A stretch of 64,000 nt of DNA from a virus (IMGVR_UViG_3300037840_000188:32001-96000); one strand, 5' to 3'; shown: positions 20,389 through 28,551, numbered from the stretch's first letter. Program-made: numbers and translations. Notes: generated by a model from the letters alone, not told the origin.

Positions 20389-20592
20389 TTACTTCCCGGC
20401 CTTGTCCGTGTTCTTGCCGCTCGCCGGGCCTTCGATGAAGCCGCCGTCTTTGGAGGCGTTCTTGCCGATGGTGGATGAATTTGGGTAGATTTTCGTGGGC
20501 GCTTGCAGTGCATCGCCGCTCGGACCGCTACCACCGTTATACCCGGCGGGTCCGACTATTCCCGACTTTGACTCTGTTTTTTCTTCGGCCAT
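20389..20592 (-). CDS. small hypothetical protein
   Basis: AGGAG SD before ATG. Confidence 0.55.
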   Translation of the reverse strand: MAEEKTESKSGIVGPAGYNGGSGPSGDALQAPTKIYPNSSTIGKNASKDGGFIEGPASGKNTDKAGK

Positions 20593-20657
20593 GTTAGAGG
20601 TGCTCCTGACGGCTATCGTAACACGAATGGAGGCCCCGGCTGGCATCGAAGCAGCCT

Positions 20658-21368
20658 TTATGCGGCAGTATTGATAGTGGCGGGCGATGAAGGATTCGAA
20701 CCCTCTGCCTCGGAGATAGAAGCTCCGCGCTCTGGTCCAGATGAGCTAATCGCCCGTAAATCAAGCAACCCGTGATCAAATTCCCAATGGCAATTACGGC
20801 AGAGCTGAACTACATTCTTCCTCGCGTTGGCGGTTGCAACAGTAGCGTCATCGGGAAATTTAGAGAGCGGGATTATGTGCGCCAATTCAACGTGACGAGA
20901 ATATCCACAGGCAGCACATGGCTTACTCAATATGTCGACATGTAGATGTCGCGCCATTTCACGGATCTGGCTATCCTTCCACGAAGGATGTTTCACTGTA
21001 TCTCTCGTACGGAACTCTCCAAGGGTCATGGACTGTCGTTCCACGAATTTAAAATGTCCAGCGCAGCGAATGCAGGCGCTTGAATAATAATCCATCCTGC
21101 GTCCGCATGCGCAAATCTTTTTATTCTCTTTCCGCCATTTACGGACACGCTCAACATTGCGCGCTTTTGCATTTTCCCTCCTTTCCGTTTTTATTGCCTC
21201 CTGACAACCATGGCAATGCAATGTGCGCGTGCTCAATACGATCCCGCATCGCCCACAATGACCTTCTGGCTTTCTCTTGGGGAATGCTTTGTCGTTATAG
21301 ATTGCGGCACATGAGCGACCGCAAAATTTTGGGTTCAGGGTTTTCTTCGAGCAATTCAAACAGTCCAT
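20658..21368 (-). CDS. HNH endonuclease with zinc-finger N-terminus
   Basis: CAACG...ELAHIIP...NVVQLCRNCHWEFD; 3' end overlaps tRNA-Arg. Confidence 0.8.
   Translation of the reverse strand: MDCLNCSKKTLNPKFCGRSCAAIYNDKAFPKRKPEGHCGRCGIVLSTRTLHCHGCQEAIKTERRENAKARNVERVRKWRKENKKICACGRRMDYYSSACIRCAGHFKFVERQSMTLGEFRTRDTVKHPSWKDSQIREMARHLHVDILSKPCAACGYSRHVELAHIIPLSKFPDDATVATANARKNVVQLCRNCHWEFDHGLLDLRAISSSGPERGASISEAEGSNPSSPATINTAA
20678..20755 (-). tRNA. tRNA-Arg(TCT)
   Basis: Cloverleaf; loop CTTCTAT; CCA. Confidence 0.9.
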
Positions 21369-21385
21369 TATTTATTTATAATTTT

Positions 21386-21462
21386 TGGTGATCGCGCGCA
21401 GATTCGAACTGCGGGCCTGTCGCTTAGGAGGCGACCGCTCTGTCCTGCTGAGCTACGCGATC
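21386..21462 (-). tRNA. tRNA-Arg(CCT)
   Basis: Cloverleaf; loop CTCCTAA; CCA. Confidence 0.9.
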
Positions 21463-21702
21463 AAGCTTTTCGAGCCACACATCCTCACACTGCTGCGAAC
21501 AGAATACAGGCTCTGACGGCAGTGCGCATTGAGCACAGAATCCAACGAGTCGCGGGATCTGAATCCAACGACCCGTCGGCGTCGCCACTACAGAACCATA
21601 CGGGACATCAAGCCGCTTCGCTATGGCGCGGACCTGCCTCTCGGTCGCGCCAGACGTTACGACTTGTCTTCCATCATTATTGTGATGGCGGCGGAATTTC
21701 AT
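21424..21702 (-). CDS. hypothetical protein with CxxC motifs
   Basis: Coupled to HNH; overlaps tRNA. Confidence 0.45.
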   Translation of the reverse strand: MKFRRHHNNDGRQVVTSGATERQVRAIAKRLDVPYGSVVATPTGRWIQIPRLVGFCAQCALPSEPVFCSQQCEDVWLEKLDRVAQQDRAVAS

Positions 21703-22253
21703 TGCACCACCTCTCCCTGCGGAGTATCGTTCTTATACCACAGGTACCGCTGCCAATCAGGGCGGTCGAGGGCTGCTTCCCTCAACATGAAACGCGAACT
21801 GAATACCGTATACGGCAGTGGCTTGCGCAGCAGCTTCATTCCGGCCTCTTCTGGCGTGCGGTCCGCCTTGCGGTGGTTGCAGGGCTGGCAGCAGGCCACG
21901 AGGTTTTCGTACGACGATGCGCCTCCCCTGCTTCGCGGAATCACGTGATCGAGGGTCAATTCGAACGCGCCCTTGATCTTTCCGCAGTACAGACATTGAT
22001 GCCGGTCGCGCGTGAGGATTCCACGGCGACTTATCATCCGCGTACGGCGCGGCACCCGGCGATACCTCGTCAGGCGGATTACCGATGGCACGAGATGCGA
22101 ACGGTGGCCGCTATGGACCTTGATCTCGGATACCTCTTCCATTTCGGCTGCACCCTTTGCAAGGAGTACGAACGCACGACGAGCGTTGATGATGGCGGTC
22201 GGCTCGAATGCGGCGTTAAGTTCAAGCACTGGAATTTTACGGAGGTCGGTCAT
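21699..22253 (-). CDS. HNH endonuclease (McrA-like)
   Basis: VLELNAAFEP, RDRHQCLYCG, TLDHVIPRSRGG, NLVACCQPCN. Confidence 0.9.
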   Translation of the reverse strand: MTDLRKIPVLELNAAFEPTAIINARRAFVLLAKGAAEMEEVSEIKVHSGHRSHLVPSVIRLTRYRRVPRRTRMISRRGILTRDRHQCLYCGKIKGAFELTLDHVIPRSRGGASSYENLVACCQPCNHRKADRTPEEAGMKLLRKPLPYTVFSSRFMLREAALDRPDWQRYLWYKNDTPQGEVVQ

Positions 22254-22275
22254 TGTTGTTCTCTTCAAGTTTAAA

Positions 22276-22353
22276 TGGTATGCCCGGAGAGACTCGAACT
22301 CTCGCACTATTGGTTAAAAGCCAATTGCTCTGAAGCCGCTGAGCTACGGGCAC
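22276..22353 (-). tRNA. tRNA-Lys(TTT)
   Basis: Loop CTTTTAA; CCA. Confidence 0.9.
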
Positions 22354-22359
22354 GTGAAA

Positions 22360-22434
22360 TGGGAGCCCCTGAGAATTTTGAAATCTCGACCCTCTCTGTG
22401 TAAAAGAGACGCTCTGCCTCTGAGCTAAGGGGCT
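22360..22434 (-). tRNA. tRNA-Val(TAC)
   Basis: Loop TTTACAC; CCA. Confidence 0.85.
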
Positions 22435-22440
22435 GTAAAG

Positions 22441-22517
22441 TGGTGGCGCTTGTTGGTATCGAACCAACCACCCTCGGATTATGAGTCCGCTGCTCTAACC
22501 GTCTGAGCTAAAGCGCC
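22441..22517 (-). tRNA. tRNA-CAT (Ile2-like, or Met)
   Basis: Loop CTCATAA; body resembles Ile2 tRNAs. Confidence 0.85.
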
Positions 22518-22521
22518 GATC

Positions 22522-22608
22522 TGGCTCCGTGCCGTGGACTCGAACCACGAGATGAGAATTAACTCGGCGCATTAACAGTGCGCTGCCATGCCATTAGGCG
22601 AGCACGGA
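22522..22608 (-). tRNA. tRNA-Asn(GTT) with long variable arm
   Basis: Loop CTGTTAA, G73, extra GAG-TTAATT-CTC arm. Confidence 0.8.
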
Positions 22609-22617
22609 ATAAAGCTT

Positions 22618-22695
22618 TGGTGAACGCGGTCGGCATCGAACCGACGACCTTCTCCTTAAGAGGGAGATGCTGCTACCGCACTGAGCTACGCGTTC
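22618..22695 (-). tRNA. tRNA-Lys(CTT)
   Basis: Loop CTCTTAA; CCA. Confidence 0.9.
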
Positions 22696-22704
22696 ACAAA
22701 AACT

Positions 22705-22780
22705 TGGTAGAGATGACGGGATTTGAATCCGTGTTCTCGCCGTGAAAGGGCGATGTGCTGGACCGCTGCACTACATCTCC
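22705..22780 (-). tRNA. tRNA-Glu(TTC)
   Basis: Loop CTTTCAC; CCA. Confidence 0.88.
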
Positions 22781-22794
22781 GTGTTAAACTGAAA

Positions 22795-22908
22795 CCTAAA
22801 TCAGACGACGCTCTTCACCGCGTAACCTGGACGCGCCGCCTCACTGAAAGATCCGAAACGCTCATCGGAGTACGCGGCGATGGTGAAGTGCTTTCGGATC
22901 TGCTTCCC
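22795..22908 (-). ncRNA. unidentified structured RNA within the tRNA array
   Basis: Helices CTTCACC/GGTGAAG, CGCCGC/GCGGCG, TCCGA/TCGGA; no cloverleaf. Confidence 0.4.
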
Positions 22909-22915
22909 AAAAAAA

Positions 22916-22992
22916 TGGCGACGCTGGTGAGGCTCGAACTCACGCATCTTCTGATTGAGGGTCAGACGGCTTACCTGTTTGCCCACAGCGTC
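22916..22992 (-). tRNA. tRNA-Glu(CTC)
   Basis: Loop CCCTCAA; CCA. Confidence 0.85.
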
Positions 22993-23065
22993 AAAAAAAT
23001 AGGCTGCCGGATGACCCACGGCATTTCCCGGTCACGCCTGTCACGCACGACCTTCGGCCTCGATA

Positions 23066-23140
23066 TGGCGGGGATGACGGGTGCTGGCCCCGCTTCGTTT
23101 CCGTAGACAGCGGAATGCATATCTGATCTGCCACATCCCC
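23066..23140 (-). tRNA. tRNA-Asp(GTC), atypical T and D loops
   Basis: Loop CTGTCTA, G73, CCA; T-loop lacks TTC. Confidence 0.7.
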
Positions 23141-23145
23141 AAATC

Positions 23146-23223
23146 TGGTGATCCTGCCGTGACTTGAACACGGGACCTCTCGGTTCGCAACCGAACGCGC
23201 TAATCCATCTGCGCCACAGGATC
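23146..23223 (-). tRNA. tRNA-Arg(GCG)
   Basis: Loop TTGCGAA; CCA. Confidence 0.85.
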
Positions 23224-23227
23224 AAAA

Positions 23228-23306
23228 TGGGAGTCCCGAGAGGATTTGAACCTCCAACTGACCCGCGTTCGAAGCGCGGCGCTCTGGTCCGTTGAGCTAC
23301 GGGGCC
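23228..23306 (-). tRNA. tRNA-Arg(TCG)
   Basis: Loop CTTCGAA; CCA. Confidence 0.85.
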
Positions 23307-23314
23307 GAAAAATT

Positions 23315-23391
23315 TGGCGAGCACGGATGGATTTGAACCACCGAATGTCAGGGCCAGAGCCTGATGCCTTAAGCCGCTTGGCGACGTGCCC
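23315..23391 (-). tRNA. tRNA-Gln(CTG)
   Basis: Loop CTCTGGC; CCA. Confidence 0.85.
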
Positions 23392-23397
23392 GTGAAC

Positions 23398-23473
23398 TGG
23401 CGGGGAGTGGGGGATTCGAACCCATCCATACTGAGATCCAAAGGCTCAGGTCCTGCCATTAAACGAACTCCCC
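23398..23473 (-). tRNA. tRNA-Gln(TTG)
   Basis: Loop CTTTGGA; CCA. Confidence 0.85.
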
Positions 23474-23480
23474 TAGATAA

Positions 23481-23557
23481 GGGTGGCCGATGGGATTTGA
23501 ACCCATGAGTAGATGCTCCACAGGCATCTGCCTTAGACCAGACTTGGCGACGGCCAC
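23481..23557 (-). tRNA. tRNA-His(GTG)
   Basis: Loop CTGTGGA, C73; no encoded G-1 or full CCA. Confidence 0.85.
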
Positions 23558-23560
23558 ATT

Positions 23561-23636
23561 TGGTGCTGAAGGAGCGAATCGAACGCTCGTTGCTGGGGTT
23601 TCAAGCCAGTGCCGTGACCATGTAGGCTACTTCAGC
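23561..23636 (-). tRNA. tRNA-Phe(GAA)
   Basis: Loop TTGAAAC; CCA. Confidence 0.85.
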
Positions 23637-23640
23637 GAAA

Positions 23641-23716
23641 TGGTGGAATCGGAGCGAATCGAACGCTCGGCCTCCGGAGTGCAAAACCGGCGCTCTCCCA
23701 TCTGAGCTACGACCCC
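23641..23716 (-). tRNA. tRNA-Ala(TGC)
   Basis: Loop TTTGCAC, G3:U70. Confidence 0.9.
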
Positions 23717-23724
23717 GTGAAAAT

Positions 23725-23802
23725 TGGTGGCGGTGATTGGATTTGAACCAATGGCCTGAAGCTTATGAGGCTTCCGCGCTGACCAGACTGCGCTACACCG
23801 CT
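23725..23802 (-). tRNA. tRNA-Met(CAT), initiator-like 1:72 mismatch
   Basis: Loop CTCATAA; A1:C72 mismatch; no 3 consecutive G-C pairs in anticodon stem. Confidence 0.85.
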
Positions 23803-23812
23803 CTGAAGCTTT

Positions 23813-23857
23813 TGGTGCAGATAGAAAGGATTGAACTTTCGACCTCACCCTTATCAG
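23813..23857 (-). pseudogene. 3' half of tRNA-Ile(GAT), split by IS1595
   Basis: T arm, acceptor and CCA; joins 28287..28328 into a full cloverleaf. Confidence 0.9.
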
Positions 23858-23884
23858 GGTAATTATATAGTTGGCTAAGTGATT

Positions 23885-24139
23885 TCAGGTTCGCCGGGAA
23901 TTCAAGCCAGCGCAATATCCGCAGTTCTGCCAGCCATCGGTTCCAAAAGTTCGATCCAGCCATTCTTTCGCGGCATTCCTGTCTTGTGAATAATATTTTG
24001 GATGCTGTGTGGTGGTAGCACTTACGGACTCGCAACTGGCGTGATGAACTTTACGGGACTCTGGACGTTCATTTAGAACAAAGCCGCGCTGTTCGACTTT
24101 GATGAGGTTGAGTTCCTGATTTGTGGCGATCCGATCCAT
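23885..24139 (-). CDS. hypothetical passenger protein
   Basis: KVHHASC...WQNCGYC. Confidence 0.55.
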   Translation of the reverse strand: MDRIATNQELNLIKVEQRGFVLNERPESRKVHHASCESVSATTTQHPKYYSQDRNAAKEWLDRTFGTDGWQNCGYCAGLNSRRT

Positions 24140-24178
24140 CGGGAAATTATACTCCCGATTTTGAATCCCCAAAAGGCT

Positions 24179-24367
24179 TCAGGATGCCTTCTTCGCCCGC
24201 CGTCTCGCCCGCGACCGCTTCAGCCGCGCTTCTTCCTTAACAACGGCTTCCTTCGGGATCGTCAGCGAGTGACGGAACATGCGGTCGAAGTTCTGGAACT
24301 GGTCAGGGCCCTCACAGCGCAGTGCAATGTCCGTGATGGTTTCGGCCTGCGTCGGTTCGTGCTTCAT
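24179..24367 (-). CDS. small basic IS1595-associated protein
   Basis: Similar pattern to ORFs 30755 and 60931. Confidence 0.55.
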   Translation of the reverse strand: MKHEPTQAETITDIALRCEGPDQFQNFDRMFRHSLTIPKEAVVKEEARLKRSRARRRAKKAS

Positions 24368-24400
24368 GTACGCCTCATGCCGCTTCCATAATAACCCGTT

Positions 24401-24670
24401 TCAAAGTTCCGGTAGTTTGGTCTTTTCGATGGACAGAAAGTAAACGTGGTCTGCGTCGAAAGTGTAGTAGAGCGCAGCATCAACCGTGTGGCCGCAAATG
24501 AACCATACCTGAGAGCCTTCCAATGGGCAACCCGCCTCCGGGTCTCGTGACAGGATTGTCTCAGCGCCTTCCATGAACTCGTCTGCCCTGCGAACGATTG
24601 GCTCGATGTAGTCCATCTCAAGCTCAAACCGGTGGTCACGGATGATGGTCCTGATTTTATCCGTGGGCAC
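24401..24670 (-). CDS. putative RelE/ParE-like toxin
   Basis: ILSRDPEAG, ALYYTFDADHVYFLSI; coupled to antitoxin. Confidence 0.55.
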   Translation of the reverse strand: MPTDKIRTIIRDHRFELEMDYIEPIVRRADEFMEGAETILSRDPEAGCPLEGSQVWFICGHTVDAALYYTFDADHVYFLSIEKTKLPEL

Positions 24671-25241
24671 GGAGATGTGTTTCTGCGAGCGACTGGAGTC
24701 GTAGTCCGCGCATTCGTTCGTGATCGGTCGGTGGCCTGCGGCTCACCAACGCCGTGCTGTATGGAATCGTTTCTTTCAGGTGTGCGGCCTTCCACCCCAG
24801 AAAGACATGCGACTGGTCGCTGATCTCGACGGCGCTCAACTTCCAGAATTTCTCTACAGTCTGGCGGATCAGATTAACGTCGGCACCTGAGAACTTTGAT
24901 AGATCGGGAGAGCGGAGCGCAATCGGTTTTTTTTGCGTGCGCCCGTAGTACGGCACTTCCTGCCAGGCAAAATCGCCTCTCTTTATCATGGCTTCCGTGA
25001 TCACCTTCAGGCGGCGCGGAGCTGGCCCCTGCGGAAGCTTGAAGTACTCCTGCCCGGTGATCGGCTCTCCATGCGTCAGAAACGCAGAGAAGTCGGCGTG
25101 AAACAAAAGCTTGTTGAGTTTTATTGCTCCGAACTTCGGATCGGCCTGGCACCACTCCGCGATCAGCAGAATCAACTCCTGGAGCTTCTCGTCGTTCGGG
25201 CGGTGTCGGTGTCGTGGTGTCGGTGTCGTGGTGGGCGGCAT
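24657..25241 (-). CDS. Panacea (DUF4065/SocA-like) antitoxin
   Basis: KLNKLLFHADF, ITGQEYFKLPQGP, SDQSH...W. Confidence 0.85.
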   Translation of the reverse strand: MPPTTTPTPRHRHRPNDEKLQELILLIAEWCQADPKFGAIKLNKLLFHADFSAFLTHGEPITGQEYFKLPQGPAPRRLKVITEAMIKRGDFAWQEVPYYGRTQKKPIALRSPDLSKFSGADVNLIRQTVEKFWKLSAVEISDQSHVFLGWKAAHLKETIPYSTALVSRRPPTDHERMRGLRLQSLAETHLRAHG

Positions 25242-25293
25242 GGCTGGTGCCTTCCTTGATTCAAGTATAACGTGATTGTCAATTGATACGTAA

Positions 25294-25305
25294 AGTCCGT
25301 GGACT
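25294..25305. promoter_or_regulatory. C-box-like palindrome
   Basis: AGTCC-GT-GGACT upstream of the controller gene. Confidence 0.55.
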
Positions 25306-25335
25306 CATTGTCATCGGGATGATCTGATTATCCAG

Positions 25336-25554
25336 ATGAGCAAGCGACGCGAAGCGCAAATTCAAAAGCGCTTCGGGCAACGAGTTCGGGCATTACGAAA
25401 AGAGAAAGGGCTTTCCCAGGAGGCGCTGGCCCTCGCCTGTGACCTTGACCGCACGTACGTCGGCGGAGTGGAGCGCGGCGAACGAAATATCAGCCTCATC
25501 AACATCTACAAAATTGCCGAAGCCCTCGGTATTGATGCAAAGGAACTGTTTTGA
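25336..25554 (+). CDS. XRE HTH controller (C) protein
   Basis: [20 protein letters not shown]...[17 protein letters not shown]. Confidence 0.9.
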   Translation: MSKRREAQIQKRFGQRVRALRKEKGLSQEALALACDLDRTYVGGVERGERNISLINIYKIAEALGIDAKELF

Positions 25555-26261
25555 CATCGCGGGCTTCGAAGCTTCCCAAAGAACTCTTGGCACGTATCGA
25601 AGCCGTCACGGCCAAACGCGCCAGATTTGTCTTGGACGGCATTGTGAAGAACGGCAAACTCACCACGGAGCAGATCAATCAGGCAGGCTATGATCATCCG
25701 CCTCGGGCCGTGCAGGACGCCAAGGACCTCGGGTTCAGGATCAAACGCACCACCGTAAAGCACACGAACGGACGATCTATCGCCGCCTATGAATTCGATG
25801 AAGGCGAACTGGACCCAAGCAAAGCAGGACGCCGCGCTATTCCGAAAAAAGAAAGAGACGAAATCATTCATGCCGCTGGTGACAAGTGCCAGATTTGCAA
25901 TGCCGTACACAATTTACAGGTAGATCACCGCATCCCCTACGAGGTGGCCGGTGAAGCCTCGGCAGCCGAAGCGCATCCATTTCAGGTTCTTTGTGGTTCC
26001 TGTAACCGCAAAAAGTCCTGGGCCTGCGAACACTGCCAAAACCGCCTTGAAATAGTTGACCCAAAAATTTGCCGTTCCTGCTATTGGGCAGGTGCGACAG
26101 CCTACACTCATATCGCCATGCAGGAGCAGCGTCGCGCCGATGTTGTGTGGACTGCGGGTGAAGTGCGAGACTTTGAGCGGTTGCATTACACCGCAAAGAG
26201 CCACGATAGAAGCGTGCCGGATGAAATTAAGGTGATCGTGAAAAAGGTGTTAGGCAAATAG
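25551..26261 (+). CDS. HNH endonuclease, putative Type II restriction enzyme
   Basis: CQICN...LQVDHRIPY...LCGSCNRKK; flanked by C protein and MTase. Confidence 0.75.
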   Translation: MTSRASKLPKELLARIEAVTAKRARFVLDGIVKNGKLTTEQINQAGYDHPPRAVQDAKDLGFRIKRTTVKHTNGRSIAAYEFDEGELDPSKAGRRAIPKKERDEIIHAAGDKCQICNAVHNLQVDHRIPYEVAGEASAAEAHPFQVLCGSCNRKKSWACEHCQNRLEIVDPKICRSCYWAGATAYTHIAMQEQRRADVVWTAGEVRDFERLHYTAKSHDRSVPDEIKVIVKKVLGK

Positions 26262-27200
26262 AACTGACTGATGCTGCACCGTCGCGAAATCCCGAAGTGA
26301 AAGAGACGCTGGCTTTTCGCTGATGGGGAGCACATGGGACACATACAGAGACTCGACCGTAACGTCGTCACGGCCATTGAGAGTCGCCTGGCTGGAACGC
26401 CCGACATCTAGGAGAATTCGCCGGGCTACTGTCTCGGGAAGCGGCTCGCCATAATCGGTTTCCCCGCAGGAGCCGTCATAGCTGAGGATGAACGGAATTC
26501 GCCGTTCGTTCAGTATTGACAACCCTTTGATCATCTGATCACGGCTGACACCGGCGATGTATCGCCGGTCACGACCGCCGCTTGTTCCCTGATAGGGAGG
26601 GTCCAGATAGTAAAAATCTCCCTCTTGCGCCCACGAAAACAAGGTTGAAAAATCAGCGTGCATCGCCTGGCATTTTCCAGCGAGTAGTCGATGCGCCGCG
26701 AATAGTTCCGCCTTCATCGTTTTAGGCTTCGTGCCGGTGCGCCGTTTGTCGGGTGACTGATTGAAGTCTCCAGCAGGGTTGAAGCGAACAGCATTCTTGA
26801 CGCACCGCGCAAGCAGGTACAGCAATTTTGCGGGATGTCGATCCGCGTTAAACTCTGATCGGATTTCGTAGTATGCGTCGATGGGTTTAGAGCGCTCCCT
26901 TTGCCAGAGCGCCTCATACTGCCGCGCGACTGGACCCGGATCGTCAATAATCGACTGCCACAGGCGAATTAGCGGTTCGAGTGCATCTCCCACGATGTAA
27001 GAGCGAAATGTCTTGTGATAAGCCGCCGCCAGCGTAACAGCAGAGGAACCGGCGAATGGCTCAATCAGCCGGAAGTATTGGTTCGGAGGGACGTGGCTGA
27101 GAATCGCTGTTGCTAGTCTTCGTTTACTTCCCTGATACGGAATGGGGTGAGGAACGGAAAACCGCGATCTGTCCATCGGATACTGGCTCCTATGATACAC
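26250..27200 (-). CDS. Dam-family DNA adenine methyltransferase
   Basis: PYQGSKR, IEPFAGS, YLDPPY. Confidence 0.92.
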   Translation of the reverse strand: MYHRSQYPMDRSRFSVPHPIPYQGSKRRLATAILSHVPPNQYFRLIEPFAGSSAVTLAAAYHKTFRSYIVGDALEPLIRLWQSIIDDPGPVARQYEALWQRERSKPIDAYYEIRSEFNADRHPAKLLYLLARCVKNAVRFNPAGDFNQSPDKRRTGTKPKTMKAELFAAHRLLAGKCQAMHADFSTLFSWAQEGDFYYLDPPYQGTSGGRDRRYIAGVSRDQMIKGLSILNERRIPFILSYDGSCGETDYGEPLPETVARRILLDVGRSSQATLNGRDDVTVESLYVSHVLPISEKPASLSLRDFATVQHQSVLFA

Positions 27201-27260
27201 AAAGTCATCACGCCGATTCTATCGACGCTTTCCGCGTGAAGGTTTAGGATAAGGCGACCT

Positions 27261-28256
27261 TCAGGCGACCGCCGCTTCCGAATTGTCTGTTGGCGCGGGC
27301 GGTACCTTTCCGGTCAACTGATCGAACATCAGGCGCTTGCCAACGATCCCCTTGACAGCCAAATCGAACCGCTCCGCGTCCGTCAGGTGACGGTGATTGA
27401 ACCGATAGGCTTGCTCATCGAGATAGCGGAAAAGGTGGAACGGCTCAACCGAAACATACGTGCCGTGCAGCCCGCGCTTGAGCAGGCTCCAGAAGTTCTC
27501 GCACCCGTTCGTGTGGACAGCACCGCGAACATATTCAACCGCATGATCTACGACCTGGTGGCGAAACTCATCCAGCCCTTCATAAGACTTCAGCGAGTCG
27601 GTGAACAGCGCGGAGCCAGCCGCCACGTGTTCGCGCACTTCAGCCTGAAGCGCCTTCTTCTTCCGGTTCGATACGACCTTCGTGCGGATCTGACTTGGCT
27701 TCCCATCCTTGCCGCGCTCCAGAATGCCCATGACCATAGTTTTGTCTTTGCCACCCGTGCCGGTGATCTTCACGGCTCGCACATCCTTGTGCATATTACG
27801 TGCCTTCTGCCCGATAAAAGTCTCATCTGCTTCAACTTCTCCGGTCAGTTTGTCGGGCGCTTCCATACCGAATGCGACGCGGATTCTGTGATCCAAAAAC
27901 CACGCAGTCTTTTGAGTGACGTTCAGGGCGCGGGCGATCTCGCAGCTTGAGATGCCGTTTTTGCAGTTGCTCACCATCCAGGTAGCCGTCAGCCACTTGT
28001 CCAGCCCGAGCGGGGAGTCTTCGTAAATCGTTCCGGTCTTCAGGGAGAACTGACGCTGGGAGTGCTTGTTACGGCACTGCCAGCGGCTCTGGTTCGCCAG
28101 GAATATCACATCGGCACAGCCGCAGGTCGGACACGTGACGCCGTTGGGCCAGCGCCGCGCTACTACGTACTCCCGGCAGTTGTCGGGATTTGCGAAGTAA
28201 ACGATGGCTTCCTGTAGGCTGGTTGGCTCTTGTTCCATGCCTTTATTATCAGGCAT
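27261..28256 (-). CDS. IS1595-family transposase
   Basis: Zn ribbon CPTCG, VEADETFIG, LFTD, HTNGCENFWSLLKR, YLDEQAYRFN. Confidence 0.95.
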   Translation of the reverse strand: MPDNKGMEQEPTSLQEAIVYFANPDNCREYVVARRWPNGVTCPTCGCADVIFLANQSRWQCRNKHSQRQFSLKTGTIYEDSPLGLDKWLTATWMVSNCKNGISSCEIARALNVTQKTAWFLDHRIRVAFGMEAPDKLTGEVEADETFIGQKARNMHKDVRAVKITGTGGKDKTMVMGILERGKDGKPSQIRTKVVSNRKKKALQAEVREHVAAGSALFTDSLKSYEGLDEFRHQVVDHAVEYVRGAVHTNGCENFWSLLKRGLHGTYVSVEPFHLFRYLDEQAYRFNHRHLTDAERFDLAVKGIVGKRLMFDQLTGKVPPAPTDNSEAAVA

Positions 28257-28286
28257 TTTGTCCGCTTAGTCAACTATATAATTACC

Positions 28287-28328
28287 CTTATCAGGGGTGC
28301 GCTCTGAATCCGACTGAGCTATATCTGC
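28287..28328 (-). pseudogene. 5' half of tRNA-Ile(GAT)
   Basis: Acceptor, D arm and anticodon loop CTGATAA. Confidence 0.9.
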
Positions 28329-28333
28329 GAAAA

Positions 28334-28410
28334 TGGAGCCTCCGGCCTCGATTTGAACGGGCATCCTGCTGTTTACAAAACAGCCGCTCTACCATTGGAG
28401 CTACGGAGGC
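28334..28410 (-). tRNA. tRNA-Thr(TGT)
   Basis: Loop TTTGTAA; CCA. Confidence 0.88.
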
Positions 28411-28411
28411 A

Positions 28412-28486
28412 TGGAGCGGAATCCGGGAGTTCAACCCGGCTGGCTTGTTTGGAAGACAAGTGCCTGAAGCGCTCGGCCAATCCCGC
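28412..28486 (-). tRNA. tRNA-Gly(TCC)
   Basis: Loop CTTCCAA, U73. Confidence 0.85.
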
Positions 28487-28551
28487 GTATTTTTGACATC
28501 ACCAAATTTTCAAACATCAATCGCGCCGATAGTTCTGTCGGTCGCGCGAAA

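Larger units (their letters stand above)
23858..28286 (-). mobile_element. IS1595-family transposon with passenger genes (RM + TA)
   Basis: 22-bp TIRs GGTAATTATATAGTTG(G/A)CTAAG; 8-bp TSD CTTATCAG (23850-57 and 28287-94). Confidence 0.95.

Noticed and set aside
22795-22908. Hammerhead ribozyme or 5S rRNA
   Set aside because: CCGATGA rather than CTGATGA, no correctly placed GAAA, and no 5S motifs.
22237-23850. ORFs across the tRNA array
   Set aside because: Spurious translations of tRNA genes.
23813-28328. Prophage att site or tRNA intron
   Set aside because: TIRs plus an 8-bp TSD show an IS insertion; no integrase in the window.
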